This document shows positions 25,451 to 32,861 of a stretch of DNA of 39,997 nt, piece by piece. The notes under the pieces were generated by a model, which searched no databases, was not told the DNA's origin, and was given only the letters and a program-made list of their open reading frames with translations. The first letter of the stretch is position 1. Each line of letters begins with the position of its first letter. A program made the translations under genes and the position numbers. This DNA is from a virus. The stretch lies in the IMG/VR virus record IMGVR_UViG_3300024307_000002; one strand, 5' to 3'.

Positions 25451-26442
25451 GCTTGCTCCTTGGTGATGCCGTGGTTTCCGGTAGGCGACAGTGGCAGCCA
25501 TTGCGTGTACGGAGGCGTGTAGCTGACGCCGTGACCGCCGATGACTTCGACGTGTTCGGCGTGGTCGTGCCATCGCATCCAGCAGCCGTCTTCCGTGTGG
25601 TCAAGGTCGTGGCACACCGCTCCGTCGCTGTCCAGCCACCGGACGACAACCAGCCCGCCCGTTTTCTCAGGCGCAGTCTCAATCGGCTGCCACGTCATCG
25701 GCTCCGGCTTGGGGGTGGCGAGGGTGAGGGGCACGAAGTCGGGCGCGTCCTGAGTCGGCGACACGCGGCACAGGAACGGGGCCACCCGCGCCTTCTGCAA
25801 GTGGTCGGGCTGAATCCACACCTCCCCGCCGCTGCTCTGAGGCTTGGGGGTGGCGATGGTGAGGGGCTGACGGTAGATGTGCGGCCACTTCTCGTGAACA
25901 GCTTTGTCGTAAGTGCAGCCTTGTCCCGGATCAGAGTTTGATGGGTCACGCCACGCCACCACCTCCCCGCCGCTGGGCTCCTGCGCCTGCTCCTGGCTGT
26001 CTTCGTCGGGCTCGGGGTAGCCAAACTCGCCAAGCAATGAGCCCAGCTTTCGATCGATGCACGTCAGGCAGACATACCCGCCCATTGCGTCGATGCGCAG
26101 CGGCGTGTGCTTGTGCGCGCCGCAGCTTGCGCACATCGTGGCTTGCGTGCTCGCGTAGGTGTACGCCGGGGCCTGCTCCTGGCTGGCGGGTGGGGTGGTG
26201 TAGAGGGGCGGAAGCATCCCAACGAATCGACGCCAGTCCGTCCCTTGCACGATGTCCAATCCGCAACCCTTCCACGCGGCGTATATCGCTTCGTAAGCCT
26301 CCCCACCCTCTGCGGGCTGGGCGGGCTGGGTGAGGGCGGCGTAATAAGCCGTTTCGAGGATTGTCCTAACGTCGTGCGGAATGGTGAACCCCTCCAGCAC
26401 GGTGAAAACTGCCTCGCGCAGCAGTTGGTTTTCGGTGGTCAT
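25447..26442 (-). CDS. Early protein with a zinc ribbon, an internal duplication, and a C-terminal PIETAP-type (DUF551-like) domain
   Basis: 331 aa. Contains CASCG...CLTC. Repeated segments SGGEV(V/W) and PLT(I/L)ATPKP. C-terminal WQPIETAPEKTGGLVVVRW. Confidence 0.65.
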   Translation of the reverse strand: MTTENQLLREAVFTVLEGFTIPHDVRTILETAYYAALTQPAQPAEGGEAYEAIYAAWKGCGLDIVQGTDWRRFVGMLPPLYTTPPASQEQAPAYTYASTQATMCASCGAHKHTPLRIDAMGGYVCLTCIDRKLGSLLGEFGYPEPDEDSQEQAQEPSGGEVVAWRDPSNSDPGQGCTYDKAVHEKWPHIYRQPLTIATPKPQSSGGEVWIQPDHLQKARVAPFLCRVSPTQDAPDFVPLTLATPKPEPMTWQPIETAPEKTGGLVVVRWLDSDGAVCHDLDHTEDGCWMRWHDHAEHVEVIGGHGVSYTPPYTQWLPLSPTGNHGITKEQA

Positions 26443-26672
26443 GGTGTGTCCTTGGTGGGGTGGGTGGCGCGCTGAAGCTGCGCGTACAGGTCGGGGTGCA
26501 TGACGACACTGCCGTCAGCCAGCTTGTAGGCGCATGGAGTGCGGGCCTCGTGTCGAACAACGCGCCAGTTACGACGGCGCTTGCTGATGGGATGGCGCTC
26601 GACGTTCCATGTCACATCGACCTTCACGCAAAGTGGGCTGGAGTGGATGCGGGTGCCGATGGTGAACATCAC
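26439..26672 (-). CDS. Hypothetical early protein
   Basis: 77 aa, with ATGA overlaps at both ends. Confidence 0.55.
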   Translation of the reverse strand: MMFTIGTRIHSSPLCVKVDVTWNVERHPISKRRRNWRVVRHEARTPCAYKLADGSVVMHPDLYAQLQRATHPTKDTP

Positions 26673-27040
26673 TCCCCCCTCTCGCGCTCGGCCTGGGCGG
26701 CGGGTGCGTCAGACCAATCCAGCCGCGCTGGCTCGCTCCCAGCGTCTGCAATCCATCCGCTGGTTGTCGCTTGCTGCGCGGGCTTCAGCGTGATGACCAC
26801 TTCCAATCCGAGGTGTGCTGCCAGCTTCGTCAGATGTCGCAACTCGACGCGATATCTGCCCGACTCGTAGTTGGTCACGCTGGTGCGCTCCAAGCCGAGC
26901 ACGGCAGCAACCTCAGCCTGGGTCATCCGCGCGGCTTGGCGCATGTTGAACATGGTCGCGGCGAGCTGGTCAGCGTCTGGATCGGGCAGCTTCGCTTTCG
27001 AGACTGGCTTGATGTCGTCGGTGTTCAGTTCGATCTTCAC
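26669..27040 (-). CDS. XRE-family HTH transcriptional regulator
   Basis: 123 aa, GTG start overlapping the upstream stop. HTH: MTQAEVAAVLGLERTSVTNYESGR. Confidence 0.75.
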   Translation of the reverse strand: MKIELNTDDIKPVSKAKLPDPDADQLAATMFNMRQAARMTQAEVAAVLGLERTSVTNYESGRYRVELRHLTKLAAHLGLEVVITLKPAQQATTSGWIADAGSEPARLDWSDAPAAQAERERGE

Positions 27041-27537
27041 GCTGCACCCCCATTCCCCGCCTGGGCGGACATGGCGGCTTCAATCGGCCCGGTCGTTTTG
27101 ATCGGCTCCCAGCATTGCCCGGTTGCGCCAACACGCTTGCAGATTGCAAAGTCCTTCGTGTTCCAGTCCATCACGTAGCGCAGAATTTCCGCATCCCGCA
27201 CCACCTCCCGCCCATCCGGCACAGCCGCAGCACGCAGGCGGGCGGATTGCCACTGAGCGTATTGCTTGGCGTAGGCGCGGAGTTGGCTGGCGGTGAACAC
27301 CCCTTGGTTGGAGGCCAGCTCCTTTGCCTTCCAAGGAGAGGGCAACGCCGGCTCATCCCCCATCGCCTCCGGCACCTCTGCCGCAGGGGCGGTGAGGGCG
27401 GCTCGGATGGTTCGCATGTCGGCCACTGCTGCCGCGTGGGTTGCAGAACCAGCAGGCACGGCAAGCAGGCCCGTCCCACTGTCCAGCAAGGCGTCCATTC
27501 GGTCCAGCGCCTCGCGCATCTGTTCGGTGTGGCTCAT
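27037..27537 (-). CDS. Hypothetical early protein
   Basis: 166 aa, AGGAGAG ribosome-binding site. Confidence 0.6.
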   Translation of the reverse strand: MSHTEQMREALDRMDALLDSGTGLLAVPAGSATHAAAVADMRTIRAALTAPAAEVPEAMGDEPALPSPWKAKELASNQGVFTASQLRAYAKQYAQWQSARLRAAAVPDGREVVRDAEILRYVMDWNTKDFAICKRVGATGQCWEPIKTTGPIEAAMSAQAGNGGAA

Positions 27538-27586
27538 CTATCTCTCCTGTCTGGTCTGTCTGGTGGGCACCCTTGGTGCTGGGGGG

Positions 27587-28210
27587 TTAGGCGGCGCGAA
27601 GTGCCGTCAGTTGCGTGACCGTTGCTTCGACTTCAGCCAGGAAGGTGACGGCTTCGGCCTCATAGGCACGGATCAGGTCGTCATCGCGCAGGACGCGACA
27701 GACGAACATCTGAAGGTCAGCGGGCATCCGAGGGTCGAAGCTCACGAAGTCGCACCAAGCGCGGCCCGTGCAGGCCATCTGCCATTGCATCTGCGGGATG
27801 TACTTGGCGGGGGCGGACTTGCTCAACAGCGTGTCAATGTGCGACTTGGTTTCGGGGCACTTGATTTCGATGAGTCCATCCGTTGACACTAGGCCATCAG
27901 GCGAAGCGCCAGACATGGGAATGGTCGGGTGAGGAACCATGCCGACCTCAGTCACCAGCAGACCAAACTCGGCTTCGTAGGCGGCGCGGGCCAGCGGCTC
28001 ACACTCGGTGCCCCACTTCATCGCGGCGTTGGTGAAGCCTTCGGCAGCCTTGCCGGTCAGACGTTCGGCCACAAGTTCGGCGCGGTAGTTGGCGCGGCTG
28101 GCTGCTTCTCCGACCTTGACCTTGGCAAGCACGTCAGCCAGGCGCGAAGCCGTCAACTTGCCGACACGTTGAGCGAACCACTCGGGCGAACCTTGGATGA
28201 CGTTGCTCAT
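27587..28210 (-). CDS. YqaJ / lambda-Exo-type recombination exonuclease
   Basis: 207 aa. N-terminal GSPEWFAQRVGKLTASR and a PD-(D/E)xK core ASPDG...IEIKCP. ATGA-coupled to RecT. Confidence 0.85.
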   Translation of the reverse strand: MSNVIQGSPEWFAQRVGKLTASRLADVLAKVKVGEAASRANYRAELVAERLTGKAAEGFTNAAMKWGTECEPLARAAYEAEFGLLVTEVGMVPHPTIPMSGASPDGLVSTDGLIEIKCPETKSHIDTLLSKSAPAKYIPQMQWQMACTGRAWCDFVSFDPRMPADLQMFVCRVLRDDDLIRAYEAEAVTFLAEVEATVTQLTALRAA

Positions 28211-28983
28211 TGCTTGACCTCGCTTGCGTCGATCACGACTGCTTGATTTGCTGCGGCCTTCAGATCGGCTTGATGCTTCTGCCAGAAGGCGGCTTTGTGC
28301 GCGCCCTTGGGGAGCGCTTGGAAGGCAGCAGACAGGGCATCAGGGCCGTTCTTTGCGGCCTCCTGCATCGGTGGCAGGTGTTGGGCTTCAAACTCGGCCA
28401 GACCATCGGGCGCGTTCTGCTCGGCAGCTTGGTTCGGGTTGCGTGCGGCCCGGATGCTTTGCGGCGTCACCTCAGATTCAGCGATCCGCTCGGCCTCGTC
28501 TTGGTCGTAGATGCCGGAGAAGCCGAACGCCAGGCGGGCGCACTGAATCATGGCCTTGTGTCGCAACATGCGGCGCGGGTGGCTCATCCACGGGCCGACG
28601 TTTGACCGCTTGCACTCGCTCATGTACTCGGTGACCTCAACCGGGTGGTTGCGGTCTTTGCGGTACATCACGCAGGTGCAGGACTCGTCATCCTGCTTGA
28701 ACGACATGCCATCGAAAGCCGGGTGGCTGTTGATGATCCGTGACCAGCCATCGACGCCGACAACAGGAATGATCCCGTTGTTTTTGTCGGGGAAGGCGTA
28801 GATTTCCTTCGTCCAAGGGTTCAGCGCGTATTGGTCGGCAACCAGCAGCAGGGCGGTCAGTTGGGCGTCAGTGACTTGGCCCTTGAACACCGTTTGCTTC
28901 AGAGTGCCGACAAGCTCCATGCCGTCGCCCATGCTGAAGCGCGTTGCCAGCTTGGTCGTGAGTGTGGTCAGTGCATTGCTCAT
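28207..28983 (-). CDS. recT: RecT-family single-strand annealing protein
   Basis: ATG at 28983 in ATGA overlap; 258 aa. Contains ALNPWTKEIYAFP...GIIPVVGVDGW...WMSHPRRMLRHKAMIQCARLAFG. The ORF-track N-terminal extension is Arg-rich and non-coding-like. Confidence 0.85.
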   Translation of the reverse strand: MSNALTTLTTKLATRFSMGDGMELVGTLKQTVFKGQVTDAQLTALLLVADQYALNPWTKEIYAFPDKNNGIIPVVGVDGWSRIINSHPAFDGMSFKQDDESCTCVMYRKDRNHPVEVTEYMSECKRSNVGPWMSHPRRMLRHKAMIQCARLAFGFSGIYDQDEAERIAESEVTPQSIRAARNPNQAAEQNAPDGLAEFEAQHLPPMQEAAKNGPDALSAAFQALPKGAHKAAFWQKHQADLKAAANQAVVIDASEVKQ

Positions 28984-29246
28984 CGAATGCCCCCCAGCAG
29001 TTGGCCGACCGAGTGCCAGTCGATGTGCTTGAACTCTTCGTAGCCCCAGCCGATCAGCGAGAAAACGATGAAGACGGAGGCGGCGTAGATCAGCACCACA
29101 AGCACCTTTTCGAGCGTGGTCATCGGGGCTTTGTGGCCTTCGATCACGCCAGGCGCAAAGTGCCGGTGCAAATCGTTGCGATGCTGGAACTGCACGACGT
29201 TGTCTGTGTCGATCATGGCGAGTCCTTCGTAGGTGATGAGGTTCAT
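28980..29246 (-). CDS. Single-TM membrane protein
   Basis: 88 aa, TM VLVVLIYAASVFIVFSLIGW, ATGA-coupled. Confidence 0.55.
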   Translation of the reverse strand: MNLITYEGLAMIDTDNVVQFQHRNDLHRHFAPGVIEGHKAPMTTLEKVLVVLIYAASVFIVFSLIGWGYEEFKHIDWHSVGQLLGGIR

Positions 29247-29365
29247 GCGGGCCAGTCTTCGTGTTCAGGGTCAGGCGACAGCACGCGCCCGGCGGTTGCT
29301 TCGAGCAGCACATAGACGCCGCCAGCAAAGCAAATGAGAAGGAAGGCGATCAGGGTTGCGCTCAT
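29243..29365 (-). CDS. Small membrane protein (40 aa)
   Basis: ATG at 29365 in ATGA overlap: MSATLIAFLLICFAGGVYVLLEATAGRVLSPDPEHEDWPA. Confidence 0.5.
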   Translation of the reverse strand: MSATLIAFLLICFAGGVYVLLEATAGRVLSPDPEHEDWPA

Positions 29366-29544
29366 TCCTCGACCTCGATTCGGTAAGCGTCCGGGCTGTC
29401 GTAACGCTCGCGCAGAGCGGACACGCGCAGATCGCAGTGGCGGCGGGACTTGGCCCAAGTCGTTTCGATTGGCTGACCCGTTTCAAGGTCAATCACGCGG
29501 ATCGTGTAGAAGCTCTCGGCTTCGCGTTCTTCGTAGCGGCTCAT
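29362..29544 (-). CDS. Hypothetical early protein
   Basis: ATG at 29544 lies 6 nt after GAGG (a TTG at 29556 is also possible); 60 aa. Confidence 0.5.
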   Translation of the reverse strand: MSRYEEREAESFYTIRVIDLETGQPIETTWAKSRRHCDLRVSALRERYDSPDAYRIEVEE

Positions 29545-29552
29545 GGCGTGCC

Positions 29553-29912
29553 TCAAATCGCGTCTTCAGCATGGAACTCGGCATGAGCACGAGCGATGCG
29601 GTCGATGAGGGCCAAGGCGCGTTCTTTGGCGTCCTTGCCGCGGGCGACATCAGCGATGATCGAAAGCATTTCGATCTCGTCTGCATCACCGTTTTTGCCT
29701 GCGAAGTGGTCAGAGACAACCCACGCGACGGTCTGGCCGTTCTCGGCGAAACCCGGCGTCTGCACAAGCGAAGTCGGCGACTTCATCCAGCAGCCGACGA
29801 ACTCGGCGTAAAGCATTTGATATGCGCCATTCAGGCGCTCTGCGATTGCTTCGCGGAAGTGAGCAAAGCTGTCCTCAGCCTTCGTCACCATGTCCAATTC
29901 ATTGCGCCCCAT
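29553..29912 (-). CDS. First gene of the leftward early operon, hypothetical
   Basis: ATG at 29912 follows AAGGGG; 119 aa. The ORF-track extension is Cys/Val-rich and runs into the operator region. Confidence 0.55.
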   Translation of the reverse strand: MGRNELDMVTKAEDSFAHFREAIAERLNGAYQMLYAEFVGCWMKSPTSLVQTPGFAENGQTVAWVVSDHFAGKNGDADEIEMLSIIADVARGKDAKERALALIDRIARAHAEFHAEDAI

Positions 29913-29944
29913 TTCTACCCCTTCGCTTGTTTGCTGCGATGGGT

Positions 29945-30004
29945 ATAAGTACACCACACAGTGAACAGGAACGCAAGCAGAAAAACACTGCAAGGTGTAC
30001 TTAT
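29945..30004. promoter_or_regulatory. Leftward-operon control region: 11-bp inverted repeat ATAAGTACACC ... GGTGTACTTAT (OL-like operator pair)
   Basis: Arms at 29945-29955 and 29994-30004. They share the GTACAC core with the three sites between cI and cro. Confidence 0.55.
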
Positions 30005-30030
30005 TTGCGGGGGCTCAGTTGTTAGGGCGC

Positions 30031-30058
30031 AAAAAAAGCCACCTAAAGGGTGGCTTTT
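30031..30058 (-). terminator. Intrinsic terminator of the cI-side (lysogeny) transcript
   Basis: agccacc-taaag-ggtggct stem. On the minus strand it is followed by a T7 run. It lies 18 nt after the stop at 30076. Confidence 0.75.
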
Positions 30059-30075
30059 GCTTGTGGGGGCTGTCT

Positions 30076-30261
30076 CTAGCCCTGCTTTGCGGCCGTGTTC
30101 TTCTGGATCTCGTGAAGCCTGTAGCCGACGCCAAGACCGATCCAGAGCAGCATCCCCACGACTCGGTTCCCGATGTCGTCAGAGAACAGGCCAGCCATGA
30201 GCCCACAGAACCAAGCTAGAGCTAGAACGACCTGGATGCTGATTTCAACGAATCGATTCAC
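30076..30261 (-). CDS. Small two-TM membrane protein co-transcribed with the repressor
   Basis: GTG at 30261 lies 6 nt after GGAGGA (TTG 30267 in the track). TMs VVLALAWFCGLMAGLF and VVGMLLWIGLGVGY. Confidence 0.6.
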   Translation of the reverse strand: MNRFVEISIQVVLALAWFCGLMAGLFSDDIGNRVVGMLLWIGLGVGYRLHEIQKNTAAKQG

Positions 30262-30418
30262 GCTCAATCCTCCGCGCCTCTTGCACCCGAATGATGGACA
30301 TTGCCTTCAGTGCCCATGGCTGGAACAAGACCATTGCTGGGGCAATCTTCTGCGGCAGCGGATGCTCTGCACGCTTGGCGGGTTCAACTACAGGTGAAGT
30401 CTCAACTACTGCTGACAT
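30245..30418 (-). CDS. 57-aa protein between the repressor and the membrane protein (below the ORF-track cutoff)
   Basis: My own translation: MSAVVETSPVVEPAKRAEHPLPQKIAPAMVLFQPWALKAMSIIRVQEARRIERESIR. AGGAGG lies 5 nt before the ATG. Confidence 0.55.
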   Translation of the reverse strand: MSAVVETSPVVEPAKRAEHPLPQKIAPAMVLFQPWALKAMSIIRVQEARRIERESIR

Positions 30419-30524
30419 GCTTTCCTCCTGTCAAGGATTCCACATGCCACCCACCTAGGCTGTCAACTAGGTCACAAGTTGATGACTGGACGCTTTCGTC
30501 CAAATGGGCCGCGTTTGACCCTTC

Positions 30525-30962
30525 TCATTGCCCGGTTTTGTCCGCATCGCCCGAATGGCCGATGGCTTGCTGTATCGCCAAAACAGCAGCGGCAAAGGCT
30601 TTGGCCTGGTCTGCTGGGTTCTTGATGGCGTCAAGCGACATGGCTAGATGAACCGCCATAGGGCCAAACTTTGATCGATCAACCTCCGCGATGTCGGCGT
30701 CTGTCTGCGCATCCGCCTTTGCCATGCGGTCGGCCTGGCTGTCGTCGCCATCGTGCGGGACATCTAGCCAGTAGCGCGGAAGCCCCAGCTTTTGCTCAAT
30801 GTCGCGGGCTATGTCCTCGCCAAACCCTCTGCGACCGTTCTTCATGTCGCTGATTTGTTGCGGGGATCGCCCGATCTTCTCAGCCAAAACCTTGTCACGC
30901 CAGCCTTTCTTGCGGGCGTAGCTCAAGAGGTTCTCTAGTCGGATCAATGCGTCCTCACTCAT
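30525..30962 (-). CDS. CI-like repressor (XRE HTH, no S24 peptidase domain)
   Basis: ATG at 30962; 145 aa. HTH: VLAEKIGRSPQQISDMKNGRRGFGEDIARDIEQKLG. Divergent from the cro-like gene. No ribosome-binding site upstream. Confidence 0.75.
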   Translation of the reverse strand: MSEDALIRLENLLSYARKKGWRDKVLAEKIGRSPQQISDMKNGRRGFGEDIARDIEQKLGLPRYWLDVPHDGDDSQADRMAKADAQTDADIAEVDRSKFGPMAVHLAMSLDAIKNPADQAKAFAAAVLAIQQAIGHSGDADKTGQ

Positions 30963-30983
30963 GCGCTGAGTAGCGCACAAAAT

Positions 30984-31033
30984 GTACACGTCGGGGTGTT
31001 TACAAAGTACACGACATGCTGTAGTCTGTACAC
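30984..31033. promoter_or_regulatory. Immunity operators: three GTACAC sites in the cI-cro intergenic region, with a PR-like promoter
   Basis: GTACAC at 30984, 31007 and 31028 (spacing 23 and 21 bp). TTTACA (30999) - 17 nt - TAGTCT (31022) ends 8 nt before the cro-like ATG. Confidence 0.55.
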
Positions 31034-31035
31034 CT

Positions 31036-31329
31036 ATGACGAACACCCCGATCAAACAACTGACGGATCTGCTGAATTCCATACCTCGGGATCAGCAGGA
31101 AAAGCTAGCCGAAGCCTGCGGCACATGCCTTGGACAGCTTCGCAATGTTGGGTACGGCTATCGCGATTGCGGCTATCTCTTGGCAGTGAACCTTGAGCGG
31201 GAGTCTGGCCGGCTTTTCGGAAAACACCGGAAAGTGTACCGCTGGACGCTGCGCCCCAACGACTGGCACGTCATGTGGCCCGAACTCGTCGGCCGCAAGG
31301 GCGCCCCCTCTGTTCTTGAGGAGGCGTGA
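31036..31329 (+). CDS. Cro-like repressor (YdaS/Cro-type HTH)
   Basis: ATG at 31036; 97 aa. Divergent from cI. C-terminal RWTLRPNDW resembles the LRPD motif of YdaS/Cro-type proteins. Confidence 0.6.
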   Translation: MTNTPIKQLTDLLNSIPRDQQEKLAEACGTCLGQLRNVGYGYRDCGYLLAVNLERESGRLFGKHRKVYRWTLRPNDWHVMWPELVGRKGAPSVLEEA

Positions 31330-31349
31330 GATGGCAGATCGCCTGATCT

Positions 31350-31580
31350 TCAGTGAGCCGGCCCCTGCTGCTGATAGCTGGGTATGGCGGGTTCCTCCTG
31401 CAGAGCTTTTAACAGCAGAGCCGCTTGTTCTGGATGGAGTCGAACCCGTAACTGTTCGGCTGGTTTCCCTGGTCCGTATTGACCTGTCAGGTTCAGGTCG
31501 ATCAAGTGGCGAACCCGCCCTGTGGGGTCTTTGATGTCCATGACACCAAGGTTCGCCGCATTGACGAGGAATGTTTTCAT
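31350..31580 (-). CDS. Hypothetical protein, oriented against the rightward operon
   Basis: ATG at 31580 lies 6 nt after AGGAA; 76 aa. Confidence 0.45.
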   Translation of the reverse strand: MKTFLVNAANLGVMDIKDPTGRVRHLIDLNLTGQYGPGKPAEQLRVRLHPEQAALLLKALQEEPAIPSYQQQGPAH

Positions 31581-31764
31581 GGTCCGTTCCTTTGCTGATG
31601 GTTGGGGTGAGAGCCGCCATCGTAAGCCGAAGGATCGGGCCGCCAATTTCGCCGCCATGAACCCGAGTGGCCCCGCTGCGTGTATCGCACACGGTCAGCC
31701 TTCCCAACTGCCCAACGTGGTTGCGGTGCCTGTTCATGTCTGCGGCTTTTTTATTCGTTGACCG

Positions 31765-32277
31765 ATGACTAAGTTCACTGAATCTTTCGTTCAAGAGCTT
31801 CGTGAGGCGTTTGATTACGACCCGGAGACGGGCGTCATCAAGTGGAAGGTGTCTCACGCCCCGAGGGCCAAGGCTGGTGCCGTTGTTGGCACCCCTGATG
31901 GGCGAGGCTACAGAAAGTGCACGTTTAAAGGCATGCGGATTAGGTGCCACCGTTTGGCGTGGTTTTTGACTTACGGGCGTGAGCCTGTTGACGTCATCGA
32001 CCACATCAATGGGAATAGAGCGGACAACCGGCTTGCGAATTTGCGCGAGGTCAGTCACTCCGAGAACAGTCAGAACAAAGCCGCCGCGCTGGCGAACAAC
32101 AAACTTGGCGTCATGGGTGTAGCCAAGAGCGGCAACAGGTTCTGCGCCTGGATAAGCATCAAGCGCAAGTCCCGCTACATCGGCACCTTTGACACTGCTG
32201 AAGAGGCACATAGCGCCTATTTGTCGGCAAAAGCTGCACTTCATTCTGGGTTCGTCCCTGAGAGGTTTGGCAAATGA
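31765..32277 (+). CDS. HNH homing endonuclease with an AP2-type DNA-binding domain
   Basis: 170 aa. HNH core: RCHRLAWFLTYGR...IDHINGNRADNRLANLR. AP2-like: GV..SGNRFCAWI...RYIGTFDTAEEAHSAY. Visibly AT-richer than its flanks. Confidence 0.85.
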   Translation: MTKFTESFVQELREAFDYDPETGVIKWKVSHAPRAKAGAVVGTPDGRGYRKCTFKGMRIRCHRLAWFLTYGREPVDVIDHINGNRADNRLANLREVSHSENSQNKAAALANNKLGVMGVAKSGNRFCAWISIKRKSRYIGTFDTAEEAHSAYLSAKAALHSGFVPERFGK

Positions 32278-32290
32278 CGCCCGGCTTCTT

Positions 32291-32401
32291 TCATTCCCAC
32301 GAATCCAACTCATCGAGCCACACCAGCACCTCTGCCGCTCGCGTCATGCAGCGCACAAGTAAGGCGTGGACCGCTGCGTCTGCCCATTCTTCATTGCTCA
32401 T
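32291..32401 (-). CDS. Possible 36-aa protein convergent with the HNH gene
   Basis: ATG at 32401 lies 4 nt after GGGAGGA: MSNEEWADAAVHALLVRCMTRAAEVLVWLDELDSWE. Confidence 0.35.
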   Translation of the reverse strand: MSNEEWADAAVHALLVRCMTRAAEVLVWLDELDSWE

Positions 32402-32483
32402 TGAGTCCTCCCTGCGTTTCGTTCGCGATGACTCCATTGGGCGTTTTTTTTGACCTGAAGCGATAGGAAACCAGAGGAAAGCA

Positions 32484-32861
32484 ATGGAAAGCAATGGACA
32501 GATTCAGAGGGAGATGCCCTTCCTCGCTGAAGTCCGGGCCCCTCAACTGGCCCCGGCTGACTTCATCGCCAAAGCCAACGAGACGGGCGCTATTCGCTTT
32601 GCCTCGCAGACCTGCGGCATGGATGACTACGAGGTGGCGGACAGCCTGCACATCTCGCACGGCTACATGAGCAAGGTGCTTAAGGGGACGGCTGGCCTTT
32701 ACGGCTCGCGCCTCGTGCGCTTCATGCGCATCACCGGATCGCTGGCCCCGTTGCAGTGGCTGGCCGATCAGATGGGGTGTGACCTCGTTGTCCGCGATCC
32801 CGCCAAGGCTCGCATCGCCGAGCTTGAGCGTGAACTCAATGAACTGAGGAAAGCCGCATGA
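32484..32861 (+). CDS. CII-like / early regulatory HTH protein (putative)
   Basis: 125 aa. Candidate HTH: EVADSLHISHGYMSKVLKG. Occupies the position after cro. C-terminal coiled coil. Confidence 0.4.
   Translation: MESNGQIQREMPFLAEVRAPQLAPADFIAKANETGAIRFASQTCGMDDYEVADSLHISHGYMSKVLKGTAGLYGSRLVRFMRITGSLAPLQWLADQMGCDLVVRDPAKARIAELERELNELRKAA

Noticed and set aside
28984-29328. N-terminal extensions proposed by the ORF track (for example RecT from 29328, NinG from 37640, cI from 31082, 22767..23474, 24881..25573)
   Set aside because: The extended parts are Arg/Cys/Pro-rich and overlap upstream genes. In every case an internal ATG sits in an ATGA-type overlap or behind a Shine-Dalgarno exactly at the upstream stop.
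29913-30010. A specific -35/-10 assignment for the leftward early promoter
   Set aside because: The candidate hexamers (for example TTGCGT ... TACTTA on the minus strand) have a 19-nt spacer or poor matches. Only the operator-like inverted repeat is reported.
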